Origin: Octopus vulgaris
Lineage: Eukaryota
Length of the DNA stretch: 64,000 nucleotides
NCBI GenBank assembly: GCA_951406725.2
Contig: OX597815.1
Span: forward strand, 97,092,001-97,156,000
Direction of reading: 5' to 3'
Shown here: positions 39,913 through 53,589 of the stretch, one piece after another
How positions within the stretch are numbered: the stretch's first letter is position 1
Layout of the letters: each line of letters starts with the position of its first letter
Notes under the pieces: model-generated
Told to the model about the DNA's origin: nothing
Database searches by the model: none
What the model saw: the letters and a program-made list of their open reading frames with translations, nothing else
Program-made: the position numbers and the translations under genes

Positions 39913-40685
39913 CTTTCAATTCCGAGCAAAATATTAAAACTGAGGTACACCTGAGGACAATTACAATAATAAATGAAAATATATGGCGTGATAAACTTTG
40001 ATTCCTGGGATTTCCTCCAAAACCTTAAATTTTTATATTCATCTCAGACCTCAGTACCTCACTATTTAGACAAGTGCGAAATATTTCATCTACCTTTACA
40101 TACAAAACTACTGTCAAATTCACAGACCAACTTTGGCCGCGAAACATCTGCCATATTTTCCTTCCAAAAATCAGGGACAACATAGTGGCAGGAATAAACT
40201 TTACTTAAAATTCACCTACTTTAGTTCATTTATTCCCCTCCCTACAAAAAGGGAAATAAGCGATCCTATAACTTCAAATCGTACCTGGACAAACTTATTT
40301 GAAGAAAAACAAGATAAGCCTCAGATTCTTGAAAATATTTCGGCCAACAGTATCTTCCAACACGAACGCTGTTCTGTATCAGAAAAATCTGGTATTACAT
40401 GTCTAATACCTGAAACCCATGTTAGTAATGTATACGAGTAATCGGGTTTCGAAACTGACATAACTAAATTCTGTTGCCATGTGAACTACGCCGTACATGA
40501 ATACAGTTGCCATACGGTCGTATATTTTCTTCTTCTTCGTCTAATGTATACATAATGCACACATATACAAATACATAGCTATGCATATTCACACAGAATG
40601 AAGTGTGTGTGTGTATATGCGTGCGCGCGGGCGTGTGTGTGTATGTGCTGATCTACTTAGATATTTCTGTGTGTGTATGTGTATA

Positions 40686-40732
<47 letters not shown>

Positions 40733-42457
40733 ATATATATCGGTGTGTGTATGTGGAGCATATGTGTGATGGCATGCCATGTAATGTAAGAGAATAGAGT
40801 CTCTCGTGTATATCCTTAATTTCCACTACCTGTCAAATCAATATATATCAATGACCAATAAATATATAATTACGACACCTACCGAACGTAAAAATACAAA
40901 AAAAAAATGGACTTTAAGTTTCATATAACGAAATAAACAATAAAGTGAAACGAAATGAGATATTTAAAGCTAGAAACTTCTCCGGAATTCTCTTTATATT
41001 TATTTAAACCTCACTTAGTTTTCCTGAGAGATTCTGACATTAATTCGAGCACGAGCGATATATTATGGGAAATGTGTCATCATAACTCACGATGCCAAAA
41101 AATAATTACTCGCTCAAATATAATATTAACTGTTTTACCGCATAACTTTCTTACTAACGTTATATCAAAACAATGCTATAGATATATTTCTAACTATTTT
41201 AATGCAAACCTAATACAATTTACCTGGATGAGTTTATTAAATTACCTTACTTGCACAATATTTTTGCCAGGACGTGATATTTCTGTTGTTTTTCATACGC
41301 GGTTTTCGTTCAGCTTGTCTTTACAGATATAAATATAAAGTATTATACCGTCGTCCCACACACTAACAACGTTCAATATATTGTAAACAGAATGAGTTTT
41401 CCGTCTTTATTATTATCCATACAGACATAAAGAGCCATAAGCTAAAAGCAACTTACATAGATCTAATAAAACCTCCTTCGTATTTTCAGAGACCACTTAG
41501 GGCCTATCTTCTGGGTGTATAACAGTCGTGTCTCTTAAAACAGCACACATTCGAAACTATTGCGCGTATGAATAAAACAAATTAGTACGTAACCCTCTCC
41601 GCAAAATTAGGTTACATAATATCTGATGATTTCCTCTAGCGCTCTCTTATAATACAGGAAAACCTGCATCCTAAAAAATGACGCTTCTACAGTTTTAGTA
41701 ATGCAGTGTAACTCTTCAAACAGTTGCTCCTCTTCGATACGGTTTAAAGGAGTTCATTGTTCACACTTATTGAGACACTGCCAACAGAATATACTAGGGC
41801 TTACTTTTAAAAATAACCGATTTATGAAGTGTCAGTTGAGCAAAAACTTACGAACCCTCTAGGACACCTAACCATTATTACTCTTTCCTAACTACATCTA
41901 TAATAAAGATAATAAAAGAAAAATGCTGTAAACGAATGCCTAAGTTATTTTTTAAAACACTACTACTGCTAAATAATGCCTCAGTATACTTATATCAACT
42001 TGTATTCGTTAACAAAAAGAGATCTGGATGTAAAGGTAATGGTGTTCGTCGGCGAGTACGGGACTTTAAACTACGGATGCTGAAGGACGGATCAATCGAT
42101 GTATGGTATCCGGTCCAACTCTAAAAGTTCTGCCAATATACCACCCGGGACTATAGTTTATTCATTGACACGGAAATGCTGAAGGCAACGTTGAACTCAC
42201 CGACATTTTAATTCAGCTTGAAGTGACATTACACGATATTTTTAACAAAATTCTAATGATTCACCCAATTTACCGAATTCTATCTATCTAGCCATCTATC
42301 TATCTTTCTGTCTGTCTATCTAATTGTATATTTTGTGTACAATATGTAGGAGATATGTCTTATTACTATAATGTTTTGGAGTGTGTACTTGCTTTCCTCA
42401 AAACCACATTACGAAAACTTAGACATTTAAATAATGGTTTACCATTGCTCGAATTTT

Positions 42458-42772
42458 GCATCCACCAAACGACTATAATCAGAAATTGGGATGCGTCCTG
42501 TTACTTGTATGGTACCGGATGAGTCACCTCAGACTACACAACATTTTTATGAGTTGGATCCTGCGTATCGTGTTCTCTGCTCTGATGATCCGGCAGTGGT
42601 TACGGCTTGTATTTCTCAGCCACATGTCACATCATCACGGATAAGAAAGTATCTTACAGAGAGGGAGACTGACTGGGACTGTTTCTTTGGAAGATCAACG
42701 CAAATATCGACAAAAAGGTGATGTAGCGACGCGATGCAATATCGCATGCCTTCATGCCGGACCTGACCTAGG
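42458..42772 (+). mobile_element. RTE-clade LINE 3' fragment related to the one at 39568
   Basis: Shares GAAA.TGGGATGCGTC and CTCAGA; DPAYRVL; tail ACCTGACCT. Confidence 0.7.
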
Positions 42773-42894
42773 TGATGAACACTGGATTATCATTAAAAAC
42801 AAAATTCAACAAGTTTTCATGTAATGTTTAATAAGTTACGACAGACTGAATAATAAGTCAATAAAAAAATAAACTATTGTCTTATGAACGTCAT

Positions 42895-42970
42895 TAACTC
42901 ACAGCTGTTTCTGCTACCAGATGCAGTGGATTCATAGATGAGTGCTTGAGTAACACAGCTTTATCAGAGC
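42895..42970 (-). ncRNA. Decayed hammerhead-like motif
   Basis: CTGATAA-AGCTG...AGCA-GAAAC-AGCT-GTG; G8 and the cleavage nucleotide are mutated. Confidence 0.4.
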
Positions 42971-43405
42971 ATCCCATATGAAGTGCAGTTTATTTGGGAA
43001 AAGTATGACGTTTGTTCATATAGTTCGAAATAAATATTACCAATGAGAAAGCCAACACGTACTTCGTGGCTGAAGTCAAGGGATTCTCCCATTAACAGAA
43101 TAAAATTAATTATATAGATTGGTATATCCAGATTTAGATAAATAGTAATTAGATTTTACTGTAGAGATGTATGTATATAATCATGCACACATACGCACAG
43201 GTACGCGCATACACAGATGCACGCACACGTACACACACACACACACAGATACGTGTATATATGGGTGTGTTTGTTTTATGCATATATACATCAAAATACA
43301 TATATAACCAAAGACTTACACATACACAAATACACACGCACACGTGTACGTTTCTGTACATATATATATACACATTCACACAAGCACATACATACACAGA
43401 TGGAT

Positions 43406-43510
<105 letters not shown>

Positions 43511-43779
43511 TAGATAGATAGATAGATAGATATATAGATAGATAGATAGATAGAAAGATACACAGTATACACACACACACACATGTACATTATGTGTATG
43601 AATGTATGAATGAGAGAGAGAGCGAGAGAGGTTCACGTCGCTATGTGGGAAAGAGTTTGCTTTCCCACTTCTTCGTTCCTGGTCCAGCGCACTATATGGC
43701 ACTTTGGATCAGGGTTTTCATCTATAGCCCTAGGTTAGCGAAACATCTTGAGTGGATTTTCGAAAGCAGAAACTGAAAG

Positions 43780-44192
43780 GCAGCGAGCTGGTAGAATCGT
43801 TAGCACGCCGAGAGAAATGCTTAGCGGTATTTCGCGTACCGCTACGTTCTGAGTTCAAATTCCGCCGAGGTCGACTTTCCCTTTCATCATTTCGGGGTCG
43901 ATTGCATAAGTACCAGTTACGCACTGGGGTCGATAAAATCGACTTAATCCGTTTGCCTGTCCTTGTTTGTCTTCTCTGTGTTTAGCCCCTTGTGGGTAGT
44001 AAAGAAATAGGTATTTCGTCTGCCCTTACGTTCTGAGTTGAAATTCCGTCGGGATCGACTCTGCCTTTCATCCTTCCGGGGTCGATTAAATAAGGACCAG
44101 TTACGCACTGGGATCGAAAAAATCGATTTAATCCGTTGTCTTTCCTTGTTTGTCCCCTCTGTGTGTAGCCCCATGCGGGCAGTAAAGAAATA
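43780..44192 (+). mobile_element. Dimeric SINE (full monomer plus headless second monomer)
   Basis: Junction AAAGAAATAG|GTATTTCGTCTGCC at 44010; 12-bp flanking direct repeat AGAAACTGAAAG (43768-43779 / 44193-44204). Confidence 0.9.
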
Positions 44193-45442
44193 AGAAACTG
44201 AAAGAACATTATCTTAAAATAAACTGAACAGCTATTTGCTTATGTTGTCTAGTTAAATCGTTTTTTTACTTTCTTCTTTTTCATTATTCGGCATTAACTG
44301 GTGTTAAATGCTCAACATATGTTACTGATATGTTAGCCCTCAAAAATACCAGATGGCCACGCCTCCGATATCCAGGTAGACTGGGGGAAGAACATCTCAT
44401 TAATAAAAAACAAGAAAAACAATGGCAGGACGAATAACAATGATGTTAGTCGCAGTCCCGATGTTTCCGTCATAAATCTTGATGAGAGACACCGTGACTA
44501 GTAAATAATCAAGTTTTATATGAATAGCTACAGACATACCTCTATCGAGCTGACTGATAAATAGTGAGTTGATACGAACTTCCGTAGTACACATTTGACA
44601 AACAAGTTACTACGCTCATGCATCAACGTCCCGTAGGCTGTCCAAAGCAAACTATCACGCGCACACATTTACTAAGGGACATATTAATTTAGTCTTTGAG
44701 CATACTCGTTAGTGCTTTTATACTTTTGTTTCCGAATGACTACACTTCGTTCTCTAAATTCGGTACAGGAAATGAAAAAATGCGGCATCAACTAAAACAC
44801 TAAGATCAAACAAGAACACGCTTGGAAAAATTTGAGATTAGAAATTAATGGGCAAAGCATAATCGCCAGAGGAAGATAAACAATGGCGTATATATGAATA
44901 AAACAGAATTTTTCATTAACGTCAATGAGGTCTCAATTCTGTACATAGACTACACTTCGTTCACTAAAGTAGGAAATGGTCTAAACATAATCCCACGTGA
45001 GTTTACTTTGGCTAAGACAGCTTACATATGTAACGACTTTTATGAAAGTTCCGCAAAGAAAACGAACTATATATAAATATTGTTGATCACCCATTGTTAT
45101 TCCTTGTTTGTTAAATTTGGGAGGTATTCAAATGTGTTCCAACGAGACAAAAGTTAGTTATCAGATCAACTATTTAGTATTTATTAACGTTGCATTTTTG
45201 CACGGCAAATTGCCAAGTAGATGGAAAGATTAGAGAAACATATACACATTTCAATCAGACAGTTCACAATGAAAAATGAGAATTTGTTGCTTATTCAGAG
45301 AAAAGAAAACGGACAGTTGTGGTATAAATATTTTGGCACATGTTTTTAAGTATTCATGTATTCCGCTGACAACAAGTACACACACATGCGCACACCCACA
45401 CAAATGTATATATATGTGTGTGAATGTGTGTGTATATATACG

Positions 45443-45784
45443 TGGCACTCCGTCGGTTGCGACGACGAGGGTTTCAGTTGAACCGATCAACGGAACAGCT
45501 TTCTCGTGAAATTAACGTGCAAGTGGCTGAGCTCTCCACAGACACGTATACCCTTAATGTAGTTCTCAGAAATATTCAGCGTGGCTCCTTTGAAATACAG
45601 GTACTACAGAAACAGGAAGAAAGACTGAGAGAAAGTTAAGGTGAAAGAGTACAGCAGGGTTCGCCTTCACCCCCAGCCCGATCTTCTTGGAGATTTAGGT
45701 GTTTCCGCTCAATAAACACTCACAGCGCCCGATCTGGGAATGGCAACCGCGAGTCTGCTGCCATGACCACCGGGACATTGCGCT
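45443..45784 (-). mobile_element. SINE of a second family
   Basis: Minus head GCGCAATGTCCCGGTGGTCATGGCAGCAGACTCGCGG (tRNA-like, partly deleted); tail AACCCTCGTCGTCGCAACCGACGGAGTGCCAC. Confidence 0.7.
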
Positions 45785-46637
45785 TACACACACATACATA
45801 TATACATATGTGTGTGTACAAATATAATTATGCATATGTGTGTGTATATGTATATCTACCAATAAACATAAACATATGTATGTCCATGCATAAGTTCGTA
45901 CATATATATATTTCTCACGATGATGGGAGCGCATGTTCGCCTGCTATGCCGGATGGAGCGTATTTTGTTATTGTCCAAGACACAATTTTTTCACACTTCC
46001 CTGTGTTCTCAACTAAAACCAGAACTAGGCTACCGCTGACGCAGCACTCCTCTCCTCCGGCTGGCATATCCTTGACGCATACCTCTCCAAGCGTGCGAAA
46101 ATAACACCTGATAACTAAACAACGAAAGTGGTGTGCATGCTACAACGATTACATTTGACACATGCATAAATACATATATATTCACACACACGCACTCACT
46201 CACATACACACACACATGCACGTACACACTCACATACACACACGTATATATATAATGTATATATATATGGATATATATGTGTATATATGTATATGTATAT
46301 ATGTATGTATATGAACACATGTGTGTTTGTGTGTATACCTAAACATTGTTATATTCTAGCAATTTGTAAACATCGTCATTCCAGCGCTAAAAACTTGATT
46401 ATCTTTACTTTAATTCGGCTCTCTTCTGCTATTTCAACGGAATTTAATCAGCTGCGTAGTTATTGCCTTGCATTTATTATGTAATAATGGTATACATATT
46501 TTGATGAGACACTTGAGCAAATCATTTTTAACACCTGAATAAAATACAAGAAGTCACCGCTAGTGAAGTTGTGAAATTCATGTTGAAATATTTTTGAGAT
46601 GCAAAAGAACTATTCATAATATACAGCATCAGTATAA

Positions 46638-47210
46638 AGGCAGTGAGCCGGCAGAATTGTTAGCAGCTCCGAAGGCGGCGTGCTGGCAGAAACGTTAGCA
46701 CGTCGGGCGAAATGCTTAGCGGTATTTCGTCTGCCGTTATGTTCTGAGTTCAAATTACACCGAGGTCGACTTTGCCTTTCATCCTTTCGGGGTCGATTAA
46801 ATAAGTACCAGTTACGCACTGGGGTTGATATAATCGACTTAATCTGTTTGTCTGTCCTTGTTTCGGTGTTTAGCCCCTTGTTGGTTGTAAAGAAATAGGT
46901 ATTTCGTCTGCCGTTACCATCTGAGTTCAAATTCCGCCGAGGTCGACTTTGCCTTTCATCTTTTCGGAGTATATAAATGAAGTACCTGTTACGTATTGGG
47001 GTCGATGTAATCGACATAATCCGTTTGTCTGTCCTTGTTTGTCCCCTCTATGTTTAGCCCCTTGTGGGTAATAAAAAATAAAAATTGTTAGCATGTCAGG
47101 TAAAATGCTTGGCGACATTTAGTCCGAATTTACGTTTTGTGTTCAAATTCCGCAGAGGTAGACTTTGTGTTTTATCATTTCGGGGTCGATAAAAAAATAA
47201 TTACCAGTCG
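46638..47210 (+). mobile_element. Dimeric SINE (46666-47082) nested inside an older SINE
   Basis: 11-bp TSD AATTGTTAGCA (46655-46665 / 47083-47093) splits the host SINE head from its body; dimer junction identical to that at 44010. Confidence 0.9.
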
Positions 47211-48038
47211 ACTTTGCTGGCCATTATACAGAGGTAAATTAGAATCTAGGAATGTCGAATATATAATACCGCAATATAGGATAGGAATATACTTATATTG
47301 ATACACAAACATATGTATGAACTTCATGTTATTTAAAATAAGTTGGTGACATAGTTTGATTTCAGTTTAATTTATTGCAGTTACCATGTAGAAAAAATTA
47401 TTTCCTATGGCAAAATGCTTAAAAACGCTACTGCTGATATTCAAACACGCGTTTCTTAAGCATTAGCCTTCCTCTATGAGAACTATCGAAGAAAGATAAC
47501 CCTGGGCATATTCAAAACCGTAACTTGAACTAAAAAAAAAAAAAAAACTGTGATGGAATTGCGCTATTTGGCTGCCTGGTTGCGATAAATATAGCTGCAA
47601 CAGCGCCAAGCAGTGATTAGCACAAACGAACTTAAGGTTACTTAATATATGATTGTCACAAATCACAACTTCTAAGCGCAAATTCACTGCGTTTCCGAGG
47701 AGAAAAAATTCTCTATTACGAGAAAAGTTGTGAACACATCTAGAGGGAAGCACTGTAATGATATCGTGTTTGTAAACAATTTTTAACATACGAAGGGCAT
47801 TTTTTTGCACTGTAACACTAAGAATATGCCAATAGAAGTTATAATGTGTTACTGACATATTTTAACAAATCTAAAGCCAGTTTAAAACTAATCAACACTT
47901 AGTGCTGACGCTCATGTATGCTTGTCTATCTATCTATTTATCTATCTATCTTTCTCCCACCCTCTCGGAAAATTAGCAAAAGCTGTTCGGCATGTCTGCA
48001 TTATACATATACGCTTAATCATATACATACACATCTAT

Positions 48039-48111
<73 letters not shown>

Positions 48112-48120
48112 ATTCTATAT

Positions 48121-48603
48121 AATTAAAGGGGAATTGAGGGTTGGTAAGGATGTAAAATTAATTTATTAACATACTGTCAAAATAAATTAAAAATAAAGTC
48201 ACATAAAGCCTACGTACTTTTCAATTCAGTCCACTTAATATTTTCATTATTAAATCATTGGGATAAACACGATGACAAGAATAATTATACGCTAGAATTT
48301 TATCAGGGTTTCAGTATATCGGAAAAAAAAATTACATGTTTATAGATTCGATTATATCTATTGATGTAATCCAATGCAGAAACATATAACCTGTTTTTTA
48401 ATATACCTATGTACTGATAGATTCTACCGAATATTATTCAAAATGCTATTTTATTCTTAACATTGGATTTATTCCAATCTTTGAATTATGCAATTATTTA
48501 TTTGACTGAATTGAAACGTACGTAGGTTTTAATTCACTTTATTTTGGCAGTATGTTAATAAATTGATTTTATATCCATATTAACTCTCCATTCCTATTTT
48601 TAA
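48121..48603. repeat. AT-rich inverted repeat, about 160-bp arms with about 165-bp spacer
   Basis: AATTTATTAACATACTGTCAAAATAAA..CCTACGTACTTTTCAATTCAGTC pairs with GACTGAATTGAAACGTACGTAGG..TTTATTTTGGCAGTATGTTAATAAATT; lies between (TA)n tracts. Confidence 0.8.
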
Positions 48604-48719
48604 ATCATATTTATACTTATAATAATCCCGTAAATATCGAAGAGATTTTCCTGAACGGTATTGGCGAATGAAGCAGTGGAATGTTGGATATAATAATGCC
48701 TTATGAGATTAAGACAACC

Positions 48720-48762
<43 letters not shown>

Positions 48763-49599
48763 CCATGCATACATACATGCAGACACATGTGCGTGTTAGG
48801 GTGTCGGTGTATGTATTTATATATGTGCTAATATGACATTTTTGGAGAGTGACTTCGAATTGTTATTTTGAATATAAAAATGAAATCATCGAACGAATAT
48901 GTAAATAAGTAATTTAGTTCTGTAACTCGAAGCGAATGCTACTATCAATGATAGGTTGCGATAAAATTTCTTCGGAACTCCGTGGAGGAAAAAGCGTCAA
49001 GAAAATACGGATATCACCTCGAGTGATATTCGTCTATATTCCGTCCAAAGTAGTTTCTACTTTATTAATACTTGTAATTCCTTCGAGTTATGCTGTTAAA
49101 TGTCTTCTATATTTAGGCGTAGGACGAAGAAATAATATTAAGTGAGACAATCCGAACTAGTTTAGTGCAGATATTTTGTTGTCGTTTTTATAATATTCAG
49201 CGATTCGTAGTTCCATTTTGGCAAACATCAAAGTTATAGTATGCGGAATGATATCTACTCTCTAAAAGATTGTCTGAGATTCTCTGACTGACTTCTAAAT
49301 TAGCTGATATTTAAGCAGTTGCTGACATGTGGATACTTTGTTTCAACAATTCAGTGTAAGTACTTCTGTGATGTCCAGGAAACCACACTTACCTTCATGA
49401 AGAATTCATTATTTTCTTGCAATCAACAAGAGTGGGAATAATATTTAATGCAAAAAATGAGCTGCTCGGACAGCCTCTGTACTTCCAACGACCTATGTGA
49501 GTTACTATATAAGTGTGTACCCAACTTTGCTTTACTTTTAGTACAAAGCAAATTGTTGTGCTTGTGTATGTATGTATGCATGCATGTATGTATGTATGT

Positions 49600-50903
49600 C
49601 ATTATTCTGTTTATTTAAAAATTTGCTGCCAACAGAGAAAGGACAAGTTTATGACCTAGATTCAAGGCTCTTTCGTTGGAATTTCAACAATAACAACACG
49701 GTATTTTTGATTGTATGTATGCATGTATGCATGTGTGTATGCATATATGTATGTATGTATGTACATATTTGTATGTTTTATGTATGTATTTTCATGCATA
49801 TCTAGATATTCTCATATATATTTAAATGATAAACTTCTAGAAAGTTTTACGCATTTTTACAGTTCCAGCGATGGGTTGGATCTGTAGACTTCGAACTGGC
49901 TTTCTCCTCTCTGGTTTGATAAATCTAATTTCTCAAGATTAGTATTTAAGCAGTGTGTTACATATCCCAGGAACCCAATAACTACAGGTATAAATCTGAT
50001 CTTGTAATCTGGAGAGAGTAACTCCAGATTTCTCAATAATTCAGCATAAGTATTCTCTTTTTCACTGATCTTCAGCTTTATGTTAACATCCGCTGGGTAG
50101 CTAATTTCTACAACTATTCACAGTTTCTCTTCTCTATCCCAAAACATTATGTCAGGTTTGTTGTGCTTACATTTTTTGAGGTCTTCATTGGTACATTCCA
50201 CCAGGATTCCTTTTTATTATGAGTGGCTATGGCTTCTACCATATTGTGGGTTCCTGTTTATTTGTCCTCGGGATTATTCTTCCGACGGAATTCCTTATAG
50301 AGTGTCCTAGCTACAACCTCATATCACATCTGTAGATTACACCGTGATTACATTTTCGGACAACTGCTTATAATGTGGGTGATATCTTCTGGGTGAAATC
50401 AACAAAGTTTGCAACGGTTGTCACACTTCACGGCTTTATCTGCATCAATATCTCTTTTGTGGTTGATATTTCCTGTTCATGGATTGCAAACGCATACCCT
50501 TCCAAGTGGGAGGTAGTAATCCAGCTGTTGGTCCATGATAAGCCGCTTTGATGACCGATGTTACTATCATCACGGAGCTTTCTACTGACATATCCATGCA
50601 TAGTCTTCTGCTCATATAGACTCATCCTTTCATCTGATGATATGTTGCTGTAGAGTTGTGCGAATTATTTGGGCATGTATTCTAGGAAATCAGACAAAGA
50701 GTGTTGCTGAAGGAGCTGCCTTCCAAGTCTTATGATGTTACCAGCCTCATGTATGCAAAATTGGTCAAGGGGTGCACATCGACACTTGGTGGTTAAAAGA
50801 TGTTGATGAAGAGATATGATGCGACATTCAAATGCATTTTGGATCAATGTTAAACGTCTTCCACCTTGTTTTTGTCTTCGATAGACGCGGTCTACATCAC
50901 TGT
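49600..50903 (-). mobile_element. 5'-truncated R4-like RLE non-LTR retrotransposon embedded in (TACA)n
   Basis: SDVDRVYRRQKQGGRRL; MHGYVSR; LEGYAFAIHEQEI; CKLC*FHPEDITHIISSC; KPDIMFWDRE..VVEISYP..EKENTYAEL; IPVVIG. (CATA)n lies at both ends on the sense strand. Confidence 0.88.
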
Positions 50904-50920
50904 TTATGTATGTATAGATG

Positions 50921-50951
<31 letters not shown>

Positions 50952-53589
50952 GTGTGCAGAGTCGGTACAGGAAGAGCGGTAACAAACCATTAAACATTTG
51001 TTAAAGTATTTATTAGTCCTCTTAATATTTGGATTATAATTTACTCTTTGCCATAGCCACACAGTGGTTTTACCGTCATGGAACCAGGATTTTCTACATT
51101 TAAAGAGTTTCAATATGAGTTTGAAAACCGACGGAAATGATAGGCCTGAGATCGAGCTGAGTGCTTCTCTGGTAATTTCTTACATTTGTACACTCCCAGG
51201 CCTTAATATATTTATGTAAATATATGCATATATATTTATCTATTGTTCACTATAGAGTGATGAGATCTGAAATTATGCGAAGTGCCTCACAAGTAATTTT
51301 TGAAGATAGAATTAGAAAAATCGTCAGCATTCAAAATGAAAATGAAACACTAGATATCAGAGTATATCTGAAAGTACCACCGGAGGGAATGTTATCTAAC
51401 TGTCTACCAAAAGACAATCGAAAGTATGAGAATACTTGGATTAAAGATTACGCGGTTTATTTTGCTGGCGAATATATAGAATATATTTCCAACCCCCCCC
51501 CCTTCAAAATATATTAAAGTAAACATAACATAAAACAGGAAAGCACACTTAATATTATTCGACTTCTAAATGTCCATTACGTATGGCAAGCAAATTATTT
51601 CCAGAAGTATCAATGTAACAAAAATGATTTTATTGTCTGATATTGAAACCCGAACGAGGGGACTGTTTACCGCATTTTATGAAATATTTTCCCCTTCAAC
51701 TCAAGGCCAAAGTCAACGTGACAATACATTTTAATACTATTTCGACAACGGGTCAGTTATAATCGACTCAAACAAGATGGATTATTTATGGTAGTTAATC
51801 TCGTCCCTATGCTTGTTAAGATAAAATCCCAAAGGAGCGAGCATTACATTCACATTTCGTTGTGCTATGGTCGAGAAAATAAGAACTACTCAAACAGCGG
51901 AAAGAATATAAATAACTAATATTCCTCTACTGTTGGTACATTCGTACTTGAGCATACTCAGGAGAAATCAATATTACTTCAGATATTACTTTCATTTGCT
52001 TATATTTCGTTTACTAAATGAAACAATTCAGAAGGAGATTCGCACTGTCATATTCTCAAAGTAGTATAAATATATGAGAATGGAATTGAGACGTGATACC
52101 TATTATTATTTTAAGTGCATTAGTCGTGTAAGTAGAAACGGAAGAACTACGATCGGATTAAGAGCTTTGTGACAGAATAGCCGGGCCAGGAGCCTGGATC
52201 TAATCTGCAGTACTTGCTTCCAAACCTTCTGTAATATCTTTGCGTGTGTGTGTATGTGTGTGCGCGTGTGTGTTTGCGTGTGTGTGCGTGTACGTAAAGG
52301 TTTTTGTCATGGCGTCTTCCGAAACTAATCGCACAATAAATCCTGGTGACACTAGATGAAACATTCACTTGATTTGTAATGAATTATAATACATAGAAAA
52401 TCCCCCGATGAAAGTAGTATAGATAGACCACAAAATAAGTAGTTAAGCAATATCAAGGGATGAACAGGGGAAAAGATTATGGGGAACACGAGGTTGGCTG
52501 CTGGCTGACAGAGATAGAAAGGGAAACTGTTTCTCCTGTTGCGTAGCTACTACCTCCCTTGGCAAAGGTTTTTGATTGATGGATTAATAACAAACTGAAG
52601 TAAATAAGAGGCAACTCTTCTTTAGGTCTTTTGTAACGTAATGAAACTGATTTCTTTCTCTTGGTAGTTGAAATGCCAACAATATTTCCAAAAGCGGAGT
52701 AGAACAGCAAAAATCAAGAATACTTGAAATATATTTCAATAATCTAACAACTCCGTTCTTTCTCGTTTCTATGATACATGATATCACTATACTTATAGCT
52801 CTTATCTATTTTCAACTTATTCATATAAATGAACTTATGCTGGTTTCTGTGATATGTGTTCCGAACCATGATGAATGTGAAGTACGCTGATATTGTATAT
52901 TGGCAAAATATCTGACACTGTTCTCTTGAGTATAGGAACGTTAGTTAGCCTTATCAGTCAGACATAACCGAATAGGAAATATCATGGAAACTAAATATAA
53001 ACTTTATTGTAAACAAACAGAAGCAAATTAAATCATCTAGCTTCTACTGACACCGATACGAATGTATTAATGTAGATGCATGTGTACGTGTGCGCGTGCA
53101 TTTGTGCATGCACGTGTGTTCCGCAAGTATGTGTTTGTGTGTGTTTTTGTGTACTCGCCTTTTGTGCGTATGTATGTGCATGCGTGTGTCTGTGAGAAAG
53201 GTTCTCACATTAGCTGACTTACGCGCAAACACAGATGCACACATACGCACACTCGCGCACATATATGTACGTCATACATACATGTGCATATAATATATAT
53301 ATATATACATACACATATATGTATATATAATTATAACACAAATTTAGCACATGAAATGAGCGCCATTAACGAAGATACTTATTTATAGCGGAGAATGTTG
53401 GCATCTATTTTAAATCCTAATTGAGACTTGTAGATATACCAGACCTACTAGAATGTATATATTTTTAATGCCTTTCTAATTACTATTCATGAGCCACAAT
53501 AATAGGGATAGTGATGATATTGATGATTTTGTTGTTGATGATGATGATACTAATAATGATAGTAATAATAATAGTAATAATAATAATTA

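Noticed and set aside
44738-44970. About 20-bp repeat GACTACACTTCGTTC.CTAAA present twice
   Set aside because: Real, but too short and isolated to assign to any element.
51224-51517. 97-aa ORF ending GEYIE
   Set aside because: Only a faint resemblance to a mariner C-terminus; no TIR pair or splice support found.
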